From Candidatus Hermodarchaeota archaeon (GTDB taxonomy: Archaea; Asgardarchaeota; Hermodarchaeia; Hermodarchaeales; Hermodarchaeaceae): DNA of 64,000 bases. Positions within the stretch are counted from its first letter, which is position 1. Each line of letters begins with the position of its first letter. A program made the translations under genes and the position numbers. Where the stretch lies: the NCBI GenBank assembly GCA_016839805.1, contig JAEOTO010000022.1:38881-102880 (forward strand), in the 5' to 3' direction. The notes beneath the pieces were generated by a model, which saw only the letters and a list, made by a program, of their open reading frames with translations, was not told the origin of the DNA and searched no databases. Of the stretch, positions 10,716 through 21,081 are shown piece by piece.

Positions 10716-11498
10716 TCATTGAAATGTGAATGATGTTCCTGATCCATTCTCCCGGTACGCTTCTTCCCCTACAACACTACGTATTCCTGCTTTCGCTTCC
10801 TTGCTTGTACAATGGCAAGGGGAAACTAACCTAAGCTCCTCTTTCACGAAAAGCTCTCCCACCTTTATTCCCTCCTCTTCGGTTTTCAGATGGAAGCCAC
10901 CAATCATTGCTTGCAGGGGACGACCTGGAAATACCTTCTTCGATGATTTAATCATTGGTCCCACTTTGGGATGTGCACACCCTGTCAAAAGCACGAGTCC
11001 ATATGATTCCACGTTAATGACAAGTCCCTGTTCTTTGAGCCTGGCTGATCCTAAGGAACCAGTCGTGGCTACCCCCGACCGAATCATTTTACTTTCCTCT
11101 GCAACCTGACTTCGCACATGCAATTCACTAAGTGTGTGTTCAATCGTATCATGATGGGCTGGTAGATACACCACAAGGTCCCTATGTCCGATAAGTTCCA
11201 AAGCAGGTTCAAGAGCACCAAAATGATCATGATGAAAATGGCTGATAACCACTGCCCGAAGATTTGCAAAGTCCATATTCAAAGCTTGAGTATTATGGCG
11301 AAAAACTTGAGCACTGCCACTAGTGTCCATGAGGATCGCTTCACTCCGGCCCGGAAATTGTACTTCAATGTGCAGGGAAAGCCCGTGAACGCTACTGAAG
11401 CTAGATTGGGCAGATTGGTTATCCACCAATGTAGTTACAATGACGCCCAGTACCTCTTCACTGATTGTTTCAGTTGCCATTGCTGTTTCTAAAGCCAT
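10716..11498 (-). CDS. MBL-fold metallo-hydrolase
   Basis: HGLSL, SHFHHDH, TGCAHP, GGFHL, PCHCT. Confidence 0.9.
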   Translation of the reverse strand: MALETAMATETISEEVLGVIVTTLVDNQSAQSSFSSVHGLSLHIEVQFPGRSEAILMDTSGSAQVFRHNTQALNMDFANLRAVVISHFHHDHFGALEPALELIGHRDLVVYLPAHHDTIEHTLSELHVRSQVAEESKMIRSGVATTGSLGSARLKEQGLVINVESYGLVLLTGCAHPKVGPMIKSSKKVFPGRPLQAMIGGFHLKTEEEGIKVGELFVKEELRLVSPCHCTSKEAKAGIRSVVGEEAYRENGSGTSFTFQ

Positions 11499-11597
11499 CT
11501 ACATCTACCCCAGCACTTTTTCGTCCTAGCCTTCTTAATCCTTCTGTTCCCCCTCTAAACAGAATCGAAGGTAACCATCTATTATTTCCATCATTGG

Positions 11598-11990
11598 TTA
11601 TCGTTTTTTCTTCTCAATATGATGGTAAATCTTGTTGACAATCTTCCAGCCATCATCAGTTTTGAGCATATGATACAAATCAATATAATCAACGGGATCA
11701 CTGGAAAAACTCAACTCTATCACCACTGATGCAGCATTTCCAAATCGCTCAAAGGCTTTAATCTCGAACCAAGCTACATTATCGGTATTGTCAATCCCCT
11801 CTGCAAATTCTAGGTCTCGCATTTCCTTCCAATGATCCCGGCGTGCATAGGAGATTTGACCATCCTGTACTCCTATAGATAATCCATCCTCATAGAAAAT
11901 CTGGGAAATCGTCGCATAGTCTAGTGTCCGAAGTCCTTCCACAAAGGTAGCTATGCTCTTGTGAATATTCGCATACTCAGGATCTGACAT
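11598..11990 (-). CDS. NTF2-like / lumazine-binding-2 family protein
   Basis: YIDLYHMLKTDDGWKIVNK C-terminal signature. Confidence 0.75.
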   Translation of the reverse strand: MSDPEYANIHKSIATFVEGLRTLDYATISQIFYEDGLSIGVQDGQISYARRDHWKEMRDLEFAEGIDNTDNVAWFEIKAFERFGNAASVVIELSFSSDPVDYIDLYHMLKTDDGWKIVNKIYHHIEKKKR

Positions 11991-12063
11991 AACTCCACCT
12001 CCTTGCCTGAGCTTTAAAAGACTAAATGATATGGCAACACCTCATCTCATACTACCAAATCTG

Positions 12064-12105
12064 GAAAAGAAAAACCAACAGGGGCCTGGAGATACGCCAG
12101 CCCCT
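12064..12105 (-). terminator. hairpin plus U-tract terminator downstream of the nitronate monooxygenase-like gene
   Basis: AGGGG(C)CTGG...CCAGCCCCT stem followed on the - strand by TGTTGGTTTTTCTTTTC. Confidence 0.6.
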
Positions 12106-12131
12106 TATTATCTTACTACGAAAGTATTGTA

Positions 12132-13199
12132 CTAATTTACTAGTTTGGTAACAGCCTTAAGCCGCATTTCAGCTTCTTTGACGATACTGTCCACAACCTC
12201 TTTCACAGTTGGGATATCACCGATACCACCAATGGTCTGCCCAACAAGGATTGGACCTTTCTGGACATTACCGCGGTAAACCATTTCATAACTTTCCATT
12301 TCATTTAGGAGGTCATCAGCGGTCATTGATGCTTCTTCAGCCATCCGGGCATCACGATCCGGAACTGCTACACCATGTTTCTTAGAATATTCATTCTTCA
12401 GTAGGCGAATCGGACCAAATGCACCGGTGGTCATAACCGTATCTTCGTCGGTTGCTGGGAGGATGAGGGCTTTGTAGTCGTCATGGAATTCGCATTCTTT
12501 GGTGGCGATGAAGCGTGTACCCATTTGAATCCCAACGGCTCCCATGGCAAGGGCGCCAGCAAGCCCTTTACCATCGTACCATCCACCACACGAAACAACA
12601 GGAACATCACCTGCGAATTCCACCATTTCCGCCGTAAGAACGGTGGTAGCGACTTTTTCATAGCTGTTGTGGCCACCTCCCTCATAGCCTGTAGCGACGA
12701 TGCCGTCAAGGATGCCTTTGGTTCCCGGGAATTTTTTCTGGAACCAAGCAGGGTTAAGGGCTTTTTCGGCAAGCCATTTAGCGGGAATCACGTGGAAGAC
12801 GAGGAGGTCAGGATCTACGTCTTTGAAGTGGTGGGCCCCAGGGCGTGGGTCACCTGCTGAGGTGATGACGAGTCGGAGTTGTTCGCCAACTTTTTTATTT
12901 TCTTTACGGACGCGGGGAATGAGCTTGATGAGGTCAGGGTAGTCAATTTGGAGTCGTGCGGTACGAATGTTAACTCCAAAGGGCTTATCAGTATTTTCAA
13001 CGACGTCGAGAATATTTTTTTCCATTTCTTTAATGGGATCAAGGTTACGTAGGTTGGTGTGAGAGACGATGCCAAAAGCACCGGCATCGCTAACAGCTGC
13101 GCAGAGTTTAGTTGTGTAAAAGGGCCCCATCGCGGCTTGGATGATGGGGTGTTTGCAGCCAAGCATTTCTGTGAGTTTTGTTTTAATCATACAGTTCAC
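12132..13199 (-). CDS. nitronate monooxygenase / FabK-like FMN oxidoreductase
   Basis: PIIQAAMG, PFGVNI, GYEGGGH, GIQMGTRFIATKEC. Confidence 0.9.
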   Translation of the reverse strand: MNCMIKTKLTEMLGCKHPIIQAAMGPFYTTKLCAAVSDAGAFGIVSHTNLRNLDPIKEMEKNILDVVENTDKPFGVNIRTARLQIDYPDLIKLIPRVRKENKKVGEQLRLVITSAGDPRPGAHHFKDVDPDLLVFHVIPAKWLAEKALNPAWFQKKFPGTKGILDGIVATGYEGGGHNSYEKVATTVLTAEMVEFAGDVPVVSCGGWYDGKGLAGALAMGAVGIQMGTRFIATKECEFHDDYKALILPATDEDTVMTTGAFGPIRLLKNEYSKKHGVAVPDRDARMAEEASMTADDLLNEMESYEMVYRGNVQKGPILVGQTIGGIGDIPTVKEVVDSIVKEAEMRLKAVTKLVN

Positions 13200-13411
13200 C
13201 TTGGAGGAAACAAATTCTTTGATTTAGAGAATTTGCCTCTCATTTAACTGGAAGATAATTTAAGTGTGCGCATTGTTACGATTTCCCCCAAAACGTCAAG
13301 CTTATAGTACCGTACACAATGATTACTTTGGGAACTTAGGCGTCATTGACGCCAAAGAATCGGCTACAGTATTCGAATAGTGTTTTGAAGCGTATTGAAG
13401 GTGGTCTAAGG

Positions 13412-13621
13412 ATGACAAACCTTGGAAAACTCGACATGGCTTGCATTGGATTGATGGTAATTGTGATTCTCACCGCATCAGGATACTGGGCAGTGTTTGC
13501 AGGTGTTGTATGGATTGGAGGCACCCTTGTCTGGATGGGATGGGTCTGGTGGGTTGTATTCGCTGTAATCCTTATCTCATTGATCTTAATGGCGGTGACC
13601 TCACGTCATCGAAGGCGATAA
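13412..13621 (+). CDS. small membrane protein
   Basis: Hydrophobic, Trp-rich 69 aa ORF from ATG at 13412 with basic C-terminal tail. Confidence 0.5.
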   Translation: MTNLGKLDMACIGLMVIVILTASGYWAVFAGVVWIGGTLVWMGWVWWVVFAVILISLILMAVTSRHRRR

Positions 13622-13710
13622 AAATAGTCTTTTAAGAAATGCCTGTCTTGGGGTTAGAATGCATTTATAATGTAAAGTAGAAAAACTCCTGTGAGTTAAA
13701 ATAAGTAGAT

Positions 13711-14829
13711 GTGATTCGAATGGTAGATTTTGGGCAACAACTCTTTTTCTCTCGTTCCTGGGATTTGGTGAAAAAGAAAGTCGCGATGATGGTTGAGCAA
13801 AAAAACTGGAGATCGTGTTGGGTTCCGGATCACTTACGGGGTTTACCTCCCTTTGCCATCGATGATTTTCTATCACCCTGGACGATGCTCGGTGCTTTTG
13901 CCGAACTAGCACCCGATATGACTTTAGGAGTGGCTGTCACCGATAGTATTCGGCTTCATCCAGCTATTACTGCCCAAAATGCTGTTTCACTTGATCATCA
14001 GACGAATGGTAAATTCATCCTGGGTATTGGAGCAGGGGAAAAAATGAATCTTGCTGCTTACGGGTTTAGTACAAAACGGGCTGTAAGCCGGATGCGGGAG
14101 TGCATCGATGTGATGAAACTTTTATGGACGCAACAAGGACCAGTAGATTTCTCAGGTGATTTTTTCAATCTGCGACAAGCTGTGTTAGTTCCAAAACCTG
14201 TACAGCAGCCCTCAGTACCCGTTTGGGTAGCTGGGAATGGTACCGTCACACGGCGCATAACCGGTGAAGTCGGTGATGGCTGGTTTCCCTTCCCTGGATT
14301 ACCTCGTGTTTACAGAGAAGGTTTAGAAGATATTCATCAACACATGAAACGGGTTGGTCGTGATCCCAAAGAATTAGCTTGTGGGTTCTGGGGACGGGTA
14401 TATATGCACGACGATCAGGACAAAATTTCGCAATTTGTGAATCGGTTCCGTGGTGAACTTGCTTTGTATCCTTGGCTTATTCGGCTAATGGGATATTGGA
14501 AAGAGGAATTTGCTGATATTTACAAAGACTCGAATATCGATCCAAATCGATTAAGTCTACTAACCTTCGATGCAGATGATTTGGCGAAACTCAATATTGG
14601 GAAATTATTGCCGCTTGTTTCAGACATTCCTGAATCCGAACTTAAAACAGTCATGTTAGTAGGTTCACCTGAAGAGGTGACAAGGAAGATTCAAGCGTTT
14701 ATTGATGTTGGTGTTGAGCATTTTTGTTTTGAAATTATCAACGGAATGAGCAGACAAAATGCGCCGTTCACTTATTTCGATGTCTCCCGAATTCTTGCTG
14801 AAGACATCTACCCAAAATTAACGATTTAA
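13711..14829 (+). CDS. LLM-class (F420/flavin-dependent) oxidoreductase
   Basis: WVPDHL, GVAVTD..R.HPA, LDH..NGKFILGIGAGE, GDGW. Confidence 0.9.
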   Translation: MIRMVDFGQQLFFSRSWDLVKKKVAMMVEQKNWRSCWVPDHLRGLPPFAIDDFLSPWTMLGAFAELAPDMTLGVAVTDSIRLHPAITAQNAVSLDHQTNGKFILGIGAGEKMNLAAYGFSTKRAVSRMRECIDVMKLLWTQQGPVDFSGDFFNLRQAVLVPKPVQQPSVPVWVAGNGTVTRRITGEVGDGWFPFPGLPRVYREGLEDIHQHMKRVGRDPKELACGFWGRVYMHDDQDKISQFVNRFRGELALYPWLIRLMGYWKEEFADIYKDSNIDPNRLSLLTFDADDLAKLNIGKLLPLVSDIPESELKTVMLVGSPEEVTRKIQAFIDVGVEHFCFEIINGMSRQNAPFTYFDVSRILAEDIYPKLTI

Positions 14830-16061
14830 CGTTCTACTTTGCGACTGAGAATGAATACGAAGAGAGCAAGAAAGAACTTACCAACAAATGCAGTGACACT
14901 AGCAATCCAAAATTGTGGTATCGCATCAAATGGAATTGGCGGGGCTACTGCAAAAGATACTAAGGCGATAGCGAGATTGGAAATAAAGTTGATAATGGGA
15001 TTAGTCTGAATAAGACCTTGCGTCATATCAATCAGGAAAAGAGTTAGGGCTGTAAGAAATACAGTGAAAATAGTCCAGCCCATTAATTTCGATGGTTCCT
15101 CACCATACCCAAAGAATGTGTCCAGTAATTTACTCATACTTCCACGAATAGTCCATCGAAATCTTTCACCCCTCGTGAGAGGTTCAACATCTTTTTCTTG
15201 ATTCTGATTGAATGCACTGCTCCAATAGGATTGGCGCATTGATCGCATTTCATTGAGATAGTGTTTACTACTGAGGTCTAATCGCCCCTCCTGTTTGAAG
15301 TAAATTTTAAGGACTCGATGATCACGTGCGATATCACGAGCGTTACGCTTCTCCGTGTTGTAGTCTTCAATAGTGAAGGAACGGAGAAGATCACCAGTCC
15401 CAACCTCCGATTGCAGACCTTGCCGCTCTTGGTGCGCGACCAAGTTGTTTAATGATGCCGCGTTTTTTAAGGTGCAGAGCATCAATTGCGCTGATCCAAA
15501 CTTCCCGGAAAAATATACGTTCTCTACATTGGTGCTATCAAAGTGTGCTGATACAAGATTTGCTCCCCGCAAATCTGTGTATTCAAGTGTGGCACCATCA
15601 AGCATGGCACCCTGCAAATCCGCTCGGACCAGATCCGCAAATTGAAGTTGTGTGAGAATTAGCTGAGCACGTCGTAAATTCGCTCCCCATAGAATGGCAC
15701 CTTTCAGGTTTGCGCCCCAAAGGTCCGCTTCGAGAAGATTGGCTTGACTAAGATTGGCACCCTGTAGGTTGGCCTTTGTCAGAGATGCGCCATGCAGATT
15801 GGCATCATGGAAAAGGACTTCTAATAGTACGGCGTCATCAAGTCGTGCGTCGACCAGATACGCTTCACATAGGTGTTTCTGTTCGTCCTCACTTTGACTA
15901 AAGTCGATGTCGCGGAAATCTTTATCAGGTAAAACTTGGTGCCACCGACAGTAGGGGCTACCCGGGACGGTTGGGTGTGTACACCGTTCTCCGCGCTTGT
16001 GGCAGGGTCGTTCGTGACGATAGATGTATGTACAAACAGCGGGTGGCACCTGTCCAGACAC
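14826..16061 (-). CDS. pentapeptide-repeat protein with N-terminal Cys/His cluster and C-terminal membrane (ion-channel-like) domain
   Basis: Tandem A[N/D]LxG repeats, GYGEEP motif before TM helices, N-terminal C...C...C..H. Confidence 0.85.
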   Translation of the reverse strand: MSGQVPPAVCTYIYRHERPCHKRGERCTHPTVPGSPYCRWHQVLPDKDFRDIDFSQSEDEQKHLCEAYLVDARLDDAVLLEVLFHDANLHGASLTKANLQGANLSQANLLEADLWGANLKGAILWGANLRRAQLILTQLQFADLVRADLQGAMLDGATLEYTDLRGANLVSAHFDSTNVENVYFSGKFGSAQLMLCTLKNAASLNNLVAHQERQGLQSEVGTGDLLRSFTIEDYNTEKRNARDIARDHRVLKIYFKQEGRLDLSSKHYLNEMRSMRQSYWSSAFNQNQEKDVEPLTRGERFRWTIRGSMSKLLDTFFGYGEEPSKLMGWTIFTVFLTALTLFLIDMTQGLIQTNPIINFISNLAIALVSFAVAPPIPFDAIPQFWIASVTAFVGKFFLALFVFILSRKVER

Positions 16062-16287
16062 TGACTGATTACCCCCTAAACACAGAATTTCTGAGTGTCT
16101 TTCTAATTTAGATGGGTCTCGCGTTACTACTGACTGTGCTTTTAAGTTGTTATTAGCCTTTGGGATACTGAGAAGGTCGTTCCGGAAAATCGCGGTTTTT
16201 TTTGAGATTGCATTAATCTATTTAACGGATTACCCTTTGTAGCATCCTTGAAATGATAGTTCACTAACAAGTTAAGGTTGAATTATT

Positions 16288-17433
16288 ATGACCATTGCTG
16301 AGGCTTTTGTTGAGCATAACGGGCGCATCCGTTCTGTTGATGTTCTTCGAGGTGTGGCACTGGTTTTTATGGTTATCAACCATTTTGGTCAAACCTTTGT
16401 GGGTGGCGGATATCATTCGCCGGTTGCTGCTGCGATTCTCTTCTTTGGAATCATTCCAGCTCCGCTCTTCTATATTGTGGCAGGAATTAGTGTAGTCTTA
16501 GTTAATAATCGCTTCAAACGAAAAGGAGCGACATCGGAAACAGTGTGGCAGTGGGTGCTTTCTCGGGGCCTTCTAATCATGGGTTTGGGCTATCTCTTCT
16601 CGGTTGTGCTGTTTGGCACCGTCTGGTGGCTAGACTGGAGCATTCTTCAGCTAATCGGGCTCTCCCTGATTGTTAGTCAATTGGTGTTATATATTCCTCG
16701 ACGTTACCGTATCTTGCTACCAATTATTTTCATCGTAGCTGCGCCTTTTCTTCGGATTTGGCTCAATTATGAAGGTATCGTCGGCACAGTTGGAAATCTT
16801 CATTATGCCCCTCCCTTGACACTGCTGGATCATCTTTCAGCCATTATTGCCACCGGAAAAGCTCCTATCTTTCCCTGGTTGGCTTGTCCAATTATTGGCA
16901 CGATAGTCGGTGAGGCCTTCGTCCATCCGACTCCAAATCCTCGTCAACTCGTCTATCAGACCCTGTCAGTTGGCAGTATAATGTGCATTTTGGTTCCACC
17001 TTTGATGTTCTTTATGAGTGATCCCGTTACACAGTATCCCCTAACCAATGGCTTCTTTCTCCTATCCACCGGAATGACCTTACTGGCTATTGCCAGTGTT
17101 GTGACCACCGTTGACGCATGGCACTGGTGGAACCCTTTAAGCCGATTCTTCGAAGTTAATGGACAAATTACTCTGATTTCTTATCTAGCCCACCATCTAT
17201 ACGGCATCGTCTTCTTCGGCGTTTTACTCGGTTTCTATCGTGCTATTGATGTGATAGGGTATATGGCAATTACGCTGAGCTATCTTATCCTCTCGCTAAT
17301 TTTTGCGTATTTCTGGCTACCCTTTCGAAATAAACGGTCCTCGTACTGGGATATCCTCGTTTCGTATCTCATCCTGATAATTGCTTTATACGGACGATGG
17401 ATTTTTGCCGTCTTAGGATTCTGGGTCTTTTAA
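16288..17433 (+). CDS. multi-pass membrane acyltransferase-like protein (DUF1624/HGSNAT-like)
   Basis: RIRSVDVLRGVALVFMVINH, APLF...AGIS, PIFPW. Confidence 0.75.
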   Translation: MTIAEAFVEHNGRIRSVDVLRGVALVFMVINHFGQTFVGGGYHSPVAAAILFFGIIPAPLFYIVAGISVVLVNNRFKRKGATSETVWQWVLSRGLLIMGLGYLFSVVLFGTVWWLDWSILQLIGLSLIVSQLVLYIPRRYRILLPIIFIVAAPFLRIWLNYEGIVGTVGNLHYAPPLTLLDHLSAIIATGKAPIFPWLACPIIGTIVGEAFVHPTPNPRQLVYQTLSVGSIMCILVPPLMFFMSDPVTQYPLTNGFFLLSTGMTLLAIASVVTTVDAWHWWNPLSRFFEVNGQITLISYLAHHLYGIVFFGVLLGFYRAIDVIGYMAITLSYLILSLIFAYFWLPFRNKRSSYWDILVSYLILIIALYGRWIFAVLGFWVF

Positions 17434-17509
17434 GAATTCGAACAAGAGAATTGTATCAAAACCAACATCGTGAAAATTCGTGTAAAGTTTACCTGGGAAT
17501 AAAACATAA

Positions 17510-18481
17510 GTGGTATCAAAGGAGAAGAAATGCAACATGAACGAGCTACGAATTGGACACCTCTCCACTGCTTATCACACAGCGTTTATTTTAATGGGCG
17601 GTCGGTGGGTGGAGGAGAAAATGCAGGTTAAAGCTGCTTGGAACCTATTTCCGACGGGACCTGCCATGATACAGGCTTTCAAAAAAGGTGAACTGGATAT
17701 CGGGTATATTGGACTTCCCCCAGCAATGATTGGGATGGAACAAGGATTGAATATCAAATGTGTTGGCGGTGGACACGTAGAGGGCACTGTGGTTACTGCG
17801 CTAGCTGGATTCCAAACCATTGATGAACTCGGCTCAGTGGAAGCGACATTAGCACAATTTGAAGGCAAGAAGATTGGCACCCCTTCTCAGGGATCGATTC
17901 ATGATGTCATTATCCGAAAACTCGTTACGGATGCCCAGCTAACTGATTCTGTGATAATCGAAAACTTTGAGTGGGCTGATTTTATCCTCGAAGCTATGGA
18001 AGACGAAGAGGTCGCCGGTGGTTGTGGGACTCCACCCCTCGCGGTATTAGCAAACCGGTATCTCAAAGCTCCCCTGGTTCTTCCTCCTAGCTCGATATGG
18101 CCATACAACCCAAGTTATGGGATAGTTGCGACTCACACAATGATCGAAGAAAATCCCCCCCTCGTCGAAGGTTTCCTTCAGATTCATGAAGATGCCTGTA
18201 ACCTTATGCGCCTCAAACCCAACGAAGCTTCTAAGCTAGCTGTAAAAGAAATTGCCATTATTGGAGAAGATTTCTTACAACAAGTCTTCCGTGTTTCTCC
18301 CAAATATTGTGCTAGTCTTCCCTCCGAATACATCGAATCAACACTTGCTTTTATACCGGTTCTCAAGAAGATGGGTTATATCAAACGAACCTTAACAGAA
18401 CGGGACGTCTTCGAAAAAAGTCTCATCGAAAAGGTTCATCCCGAAGCACCTCATTATAATGATCCAGGAAATCTCGCTTAA
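17510..18481 (+). CDS. ABC substrate-binding protein, NitT/TauT (NMT1/SsuA-like) family
   Basis: FPTGPAMIQAF..GELDIGYIGLPP, PSQGSIHD; likely start ATG at 17537; no adjacent permease. Confidence 0.8.
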   Translation: MVSKEKKCNMNELRIGHLSTAYHTAFILMGGRWVEEKMQVKAAWNLFPTGPAMIQAFKKGELDIGYIGLPPAMIGMEQGLNIKCVGGGHVEGTVVTALAGFQTIDELGSVEATLAQFEGKKIGTPSQGSIHDVIIRKLVTDAQLTDSVIIENFEWADFILEAMEDEEVAGGCGTPPLAVLANRYLKAPLVLPPSSIWPYNPSYGIVATHTMIEENPPLVEGFLQIHEDACNLMRLKPNEASKLAVKEIAIIGEDFLQQVFRVSPKYCASLPSEYIESTLAFIPVLKKMGYIKRTLTERDVFEKSLIEKVHPEAPHYNDPGNLA

Positions 18482-18762
18482 CCACCTGCAACAGGTGGAA
18501 TGAGTACCAGTTCACTTTTATCATGAACGGACGTGTTGAATCCTCTAAGAGTGTCGATGTTTTTTCCATCAACAAAATACACAATTTGTAATCCACGAAT
18601 ATCTCGACCTGATCGAATCATCCGTTGAAAAGATTTCCCATATTTCTTCGAAAGACGTTGAAGAACATGTTCAACCGTTGATCCGTCATCGATTTCGATC
18701 ACCTCTTCTCGTGTCCCAGTAACCTCGCGAATCACACTGAGATAACGGATCGTTACATACAT
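18478..18762 (-). CDS. MoaD/ThiS/SAMP-family ubiquitin-like sulfur carrier
   Basis: 94 aa beta-grasp pattern ending LIPPVAGG. Confidence 0.9.
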   Translation of the reverse strand: MYVTIRYLSVIREVTGTREEVIEIDDGSTVEHVLQRLSKKYGKSFQRMIRSGRDIRGLQIVYFVDGKNIDTLRGFNTSVHDKSELVLIPPVAGG

Positions 18763-18943
18763 CAGGGTTCAGCTGTTCCTCTGCAGGCATATTAGATATA
18801 AACATCACGAAGGTTCTATGTTCAAAAATCAGACGTCGAATCCACTTAGTAGGATATTAATGCTAGACGTGGAGTAACACTAATTAGTTTCTCTGAAATG
18901 GTGTTCATCAACCCCTGAGGTGTGGTGAACAGGTGAACAGCAT

Positions 18944-20374
18944 ATGATTCCCACCCGGTCAAAAATAGTTTGTACAATTGGTCCAGCATGTGAAAGTAAA
19001 ACAAAGCTCCTCCAGATGGCAAAAGCCGGGATGGATGTTTTACGGTTAAATCTCTCACACGGAACTCTCGATGAACATCGAGCCCGTTTCAAACGAATTC
19101 GCAAATATCTACCTGAGCATCCGATTCTCATGGATTTAGAGGGTCCCCGAGTTCGAATTGGGGAAATGGCAAAAGCCGTCACCTTACTAGAGGGGGACAA
19201 GATTCGGTTAACGACAGAAGAAATTGAAGGCAATGCAGACCGGGTCTCTGTATCTTTAAAGACGTTGCCTAATAAAGTTGAAGAAGAACAGAGCATCTTC
19301 ATCAACGATGGAATCGTAGAACTACGTGTTGACAAAGTGAAGAATCGGGAGGTTTATTGTACTGTTGTTACCGGGGGTGAAATTAGTCGACACAAGGGTG
19401 TAAATGTGCCGGGAGTGGATTTGGGAATGTCGGTACCCACACCCCAAGACATCGAACATCTCAGGTTCATTGCGGAATTAAGTCCCGAGTTTGTTGCTGT
19501 TTCAGCTGTCAAAAGAGCAAGTGAACTTGAAACTGTCAAGGGCTTCCTCCAAAAGAAAGGAATTGATATCCCAATTATTACCAAGATTGAACAAAAAATG
19601 GCCGTTGAGAATTTTGATACCCTCCTCAAGGCTAGCTACGGTATAATGGTGGCTCGAGGAGATCTTGGAGTCGAGATTCCCCCTGAACAAATTCCACTTC
19701 TACAAAAGGAGATAATTCGAAAGTGCAATCAAGCAGGTAAACCAGTTATCGTAGCAACTCAGATGCTAGAGTCGATGGTGCGTAATTCACGACCAACACG
19801 AGCTGAAACCAGTGATGTTGCCAATGCTATTCTAGATGGTGCTGATGCAGTGATGCTATCAGCCGAAACAGCGGTGGGAAAACATCCTGTAAAGGCTGTC
19901 CAGGTGATGGAAACTATTGGTCGAACCATAATTCCTTCCTTTCCACAGCGCGACTTATCCTACTATGCATCCGATCAACACTTGATTGCTGAAGAACTGG
20001 GTCGCGCTGTCGTATCCATTGCTAAACACCTTGGTGTACAGACAGTCCTGGTGTTTACCATGGCGGGATATTCGGCTCGCATGGTTTCAAAATATCGTCC
20101 ACCCGTACGGATTGTGGCTAGCACTCCACATGTCCGTGTTCAACGTCAATTACGTTTATTATGGGGAGCCGAATGCATACTAATCCAACACCACGAAAAC
20201 ATGGATGCGCTGCTTCTTGCGGCAATTAAACGGCTTCATGACGATGGGATAGTTAAATCTGATGAAGAAATCATCGTTGTTCGAGCTTCAGCACTTGTCC
20301 CTGGAAAAACGAATGTCCTGGAAGTGTACACGATTAGCGATGTGCTCGAAGCCAAACTGTTACGCAAGCGCTAG
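18944..20374 (+). CDS. pyk: pyruvate kinase
   Basis: KIVCTIGP, RLNLSHG, DLEGP, MVARGDLG, ATQMLESM, PTRAETSDVANA. Confidence 0.98.
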   Translation: MIPTRSKIVCTIGPACESKTKLLQMAKAGMDVLRLNLSHGTLDEHRARFKRIRKYLPEHPILMDLEGPRVRIGEMAKAVTLLEGDKIRLTTEEIEGNADRVSVSLKTLPNKVEEEQSIFINDGIVELRVDKVKNREVYCTVVTGGEISRHKGVNVPGVDLGMSVPTPQDIEHLRFIAELSPEFVAVSAVKRASELETVKGFLQKKGIDIPIITKIEQKMAVENFDTLLKASYGIMVARGDLGVEIPPEQIPLLQKEIIRKCNQAGKPVIVATQMLESMVRNSRPTRAETSDVANAILDGADAVMLSAETAVGKHPVKAVQVMETIGRTIIPSFPQRDLSYYASDQHLIAEELGRAVVSIAKHLGVQTVLVFTMAGYSARMVSKYRPPVRIVASTPHVRVQRQLRLLWGAECILIQHHENMDALLLAAIKRLHDDGIVKSDEEIIVVRASALVPGKTNVLEVYTISDVLEAKLLRKR

Positions 20375-20404
20375 CTTACTCATTGAAGTTTTTTGGTCCT
20401 TGTT

Positions 20405-20920
20405 CTAATGGTTCTCGTCAATCTCTCTAATTCGTTTAAGCTGAGACTTAGCCTCTTCCACTCGAATATTTCCAAGAAATAGCAAGGCAAGTTCAGCGCG
20501 TTTTCGCACATTATAATCTCTGTCCTGCAGGACCTGGTTGAGTGGTGTTATTGCCCGTGAATCTCCAAGAATCCCCAAAGCTAAGGCTGCTTGGTCGCGC
20601 ACAAGGTTATGCCGATCATGGAGGGCATCGATAAGCGGTTCTAAGGCTCGGGAGTCCTTAAGAAGGCCTAGTGAAAGAGCTGCACAACTACGCACTCCAA
20701 ATGATTGGTCCTTAAGCGCACGAATCAGTGGTTCGACCGCCCGTGGATCACCGAGCTTACCCAACGTTGAAGCTGCTTGCCGCCGCTTACCCGCAACTTT
20801 ACTTTGAAGGGCTCGAAGGTAGCGTTCGACTCGTCCACTCCTTGGAGGCGGTGTGCTTGAATCTCGCTCCTTTAGGCTAGTGTTTTTCCAGTCGCCTTGG
20901 CCCAACCTGAAATCTCCCAA
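20405..20920 (-). CDS. HEAT (PBS-lyase-like) repeat protein
   Basis: Repeats of LG.LGD.RA.EPLI.AL.D....VR..AA.ALG; start uncertain. Confidence 0.85.
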   Translation of the reverse strand: MGDFRLGQGDWKNTSLKERDSSTPPPRSGRVERYLRALQSKVAGKRRQAASTLGKLGDPRAVEPLIRALKDQSFGVRSCAALSLGLLKDSRALEPLIDALHDRHNLVRDQAALALGILGDSRAITPLNQVLQDRDYNVRKRAELALLFLGNIRVEEAKSQLKRIREIDENH

Positions 20921-21081
20921 ACGTGATGAATCACTATTAGTGTTCTTTAGCTTAAAAATTCCTCTTATGTTTTACATAGACCGAAGTAGTCGGGGATAGA
21001 TAATACTGGTCTCAAATGAAAGGAAGCCTTTTATGACCCACTGTAACCGTTGAGTGTAAAATGTTTAATGGGTGAAAAAGG

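Noticed and set aside
15480-15860. Possible DNA repeat array or CRISPR
   Set aside because: The periodicity is explained by pentapeptide-repeat coding; there are no identical repeats with unique spacers.
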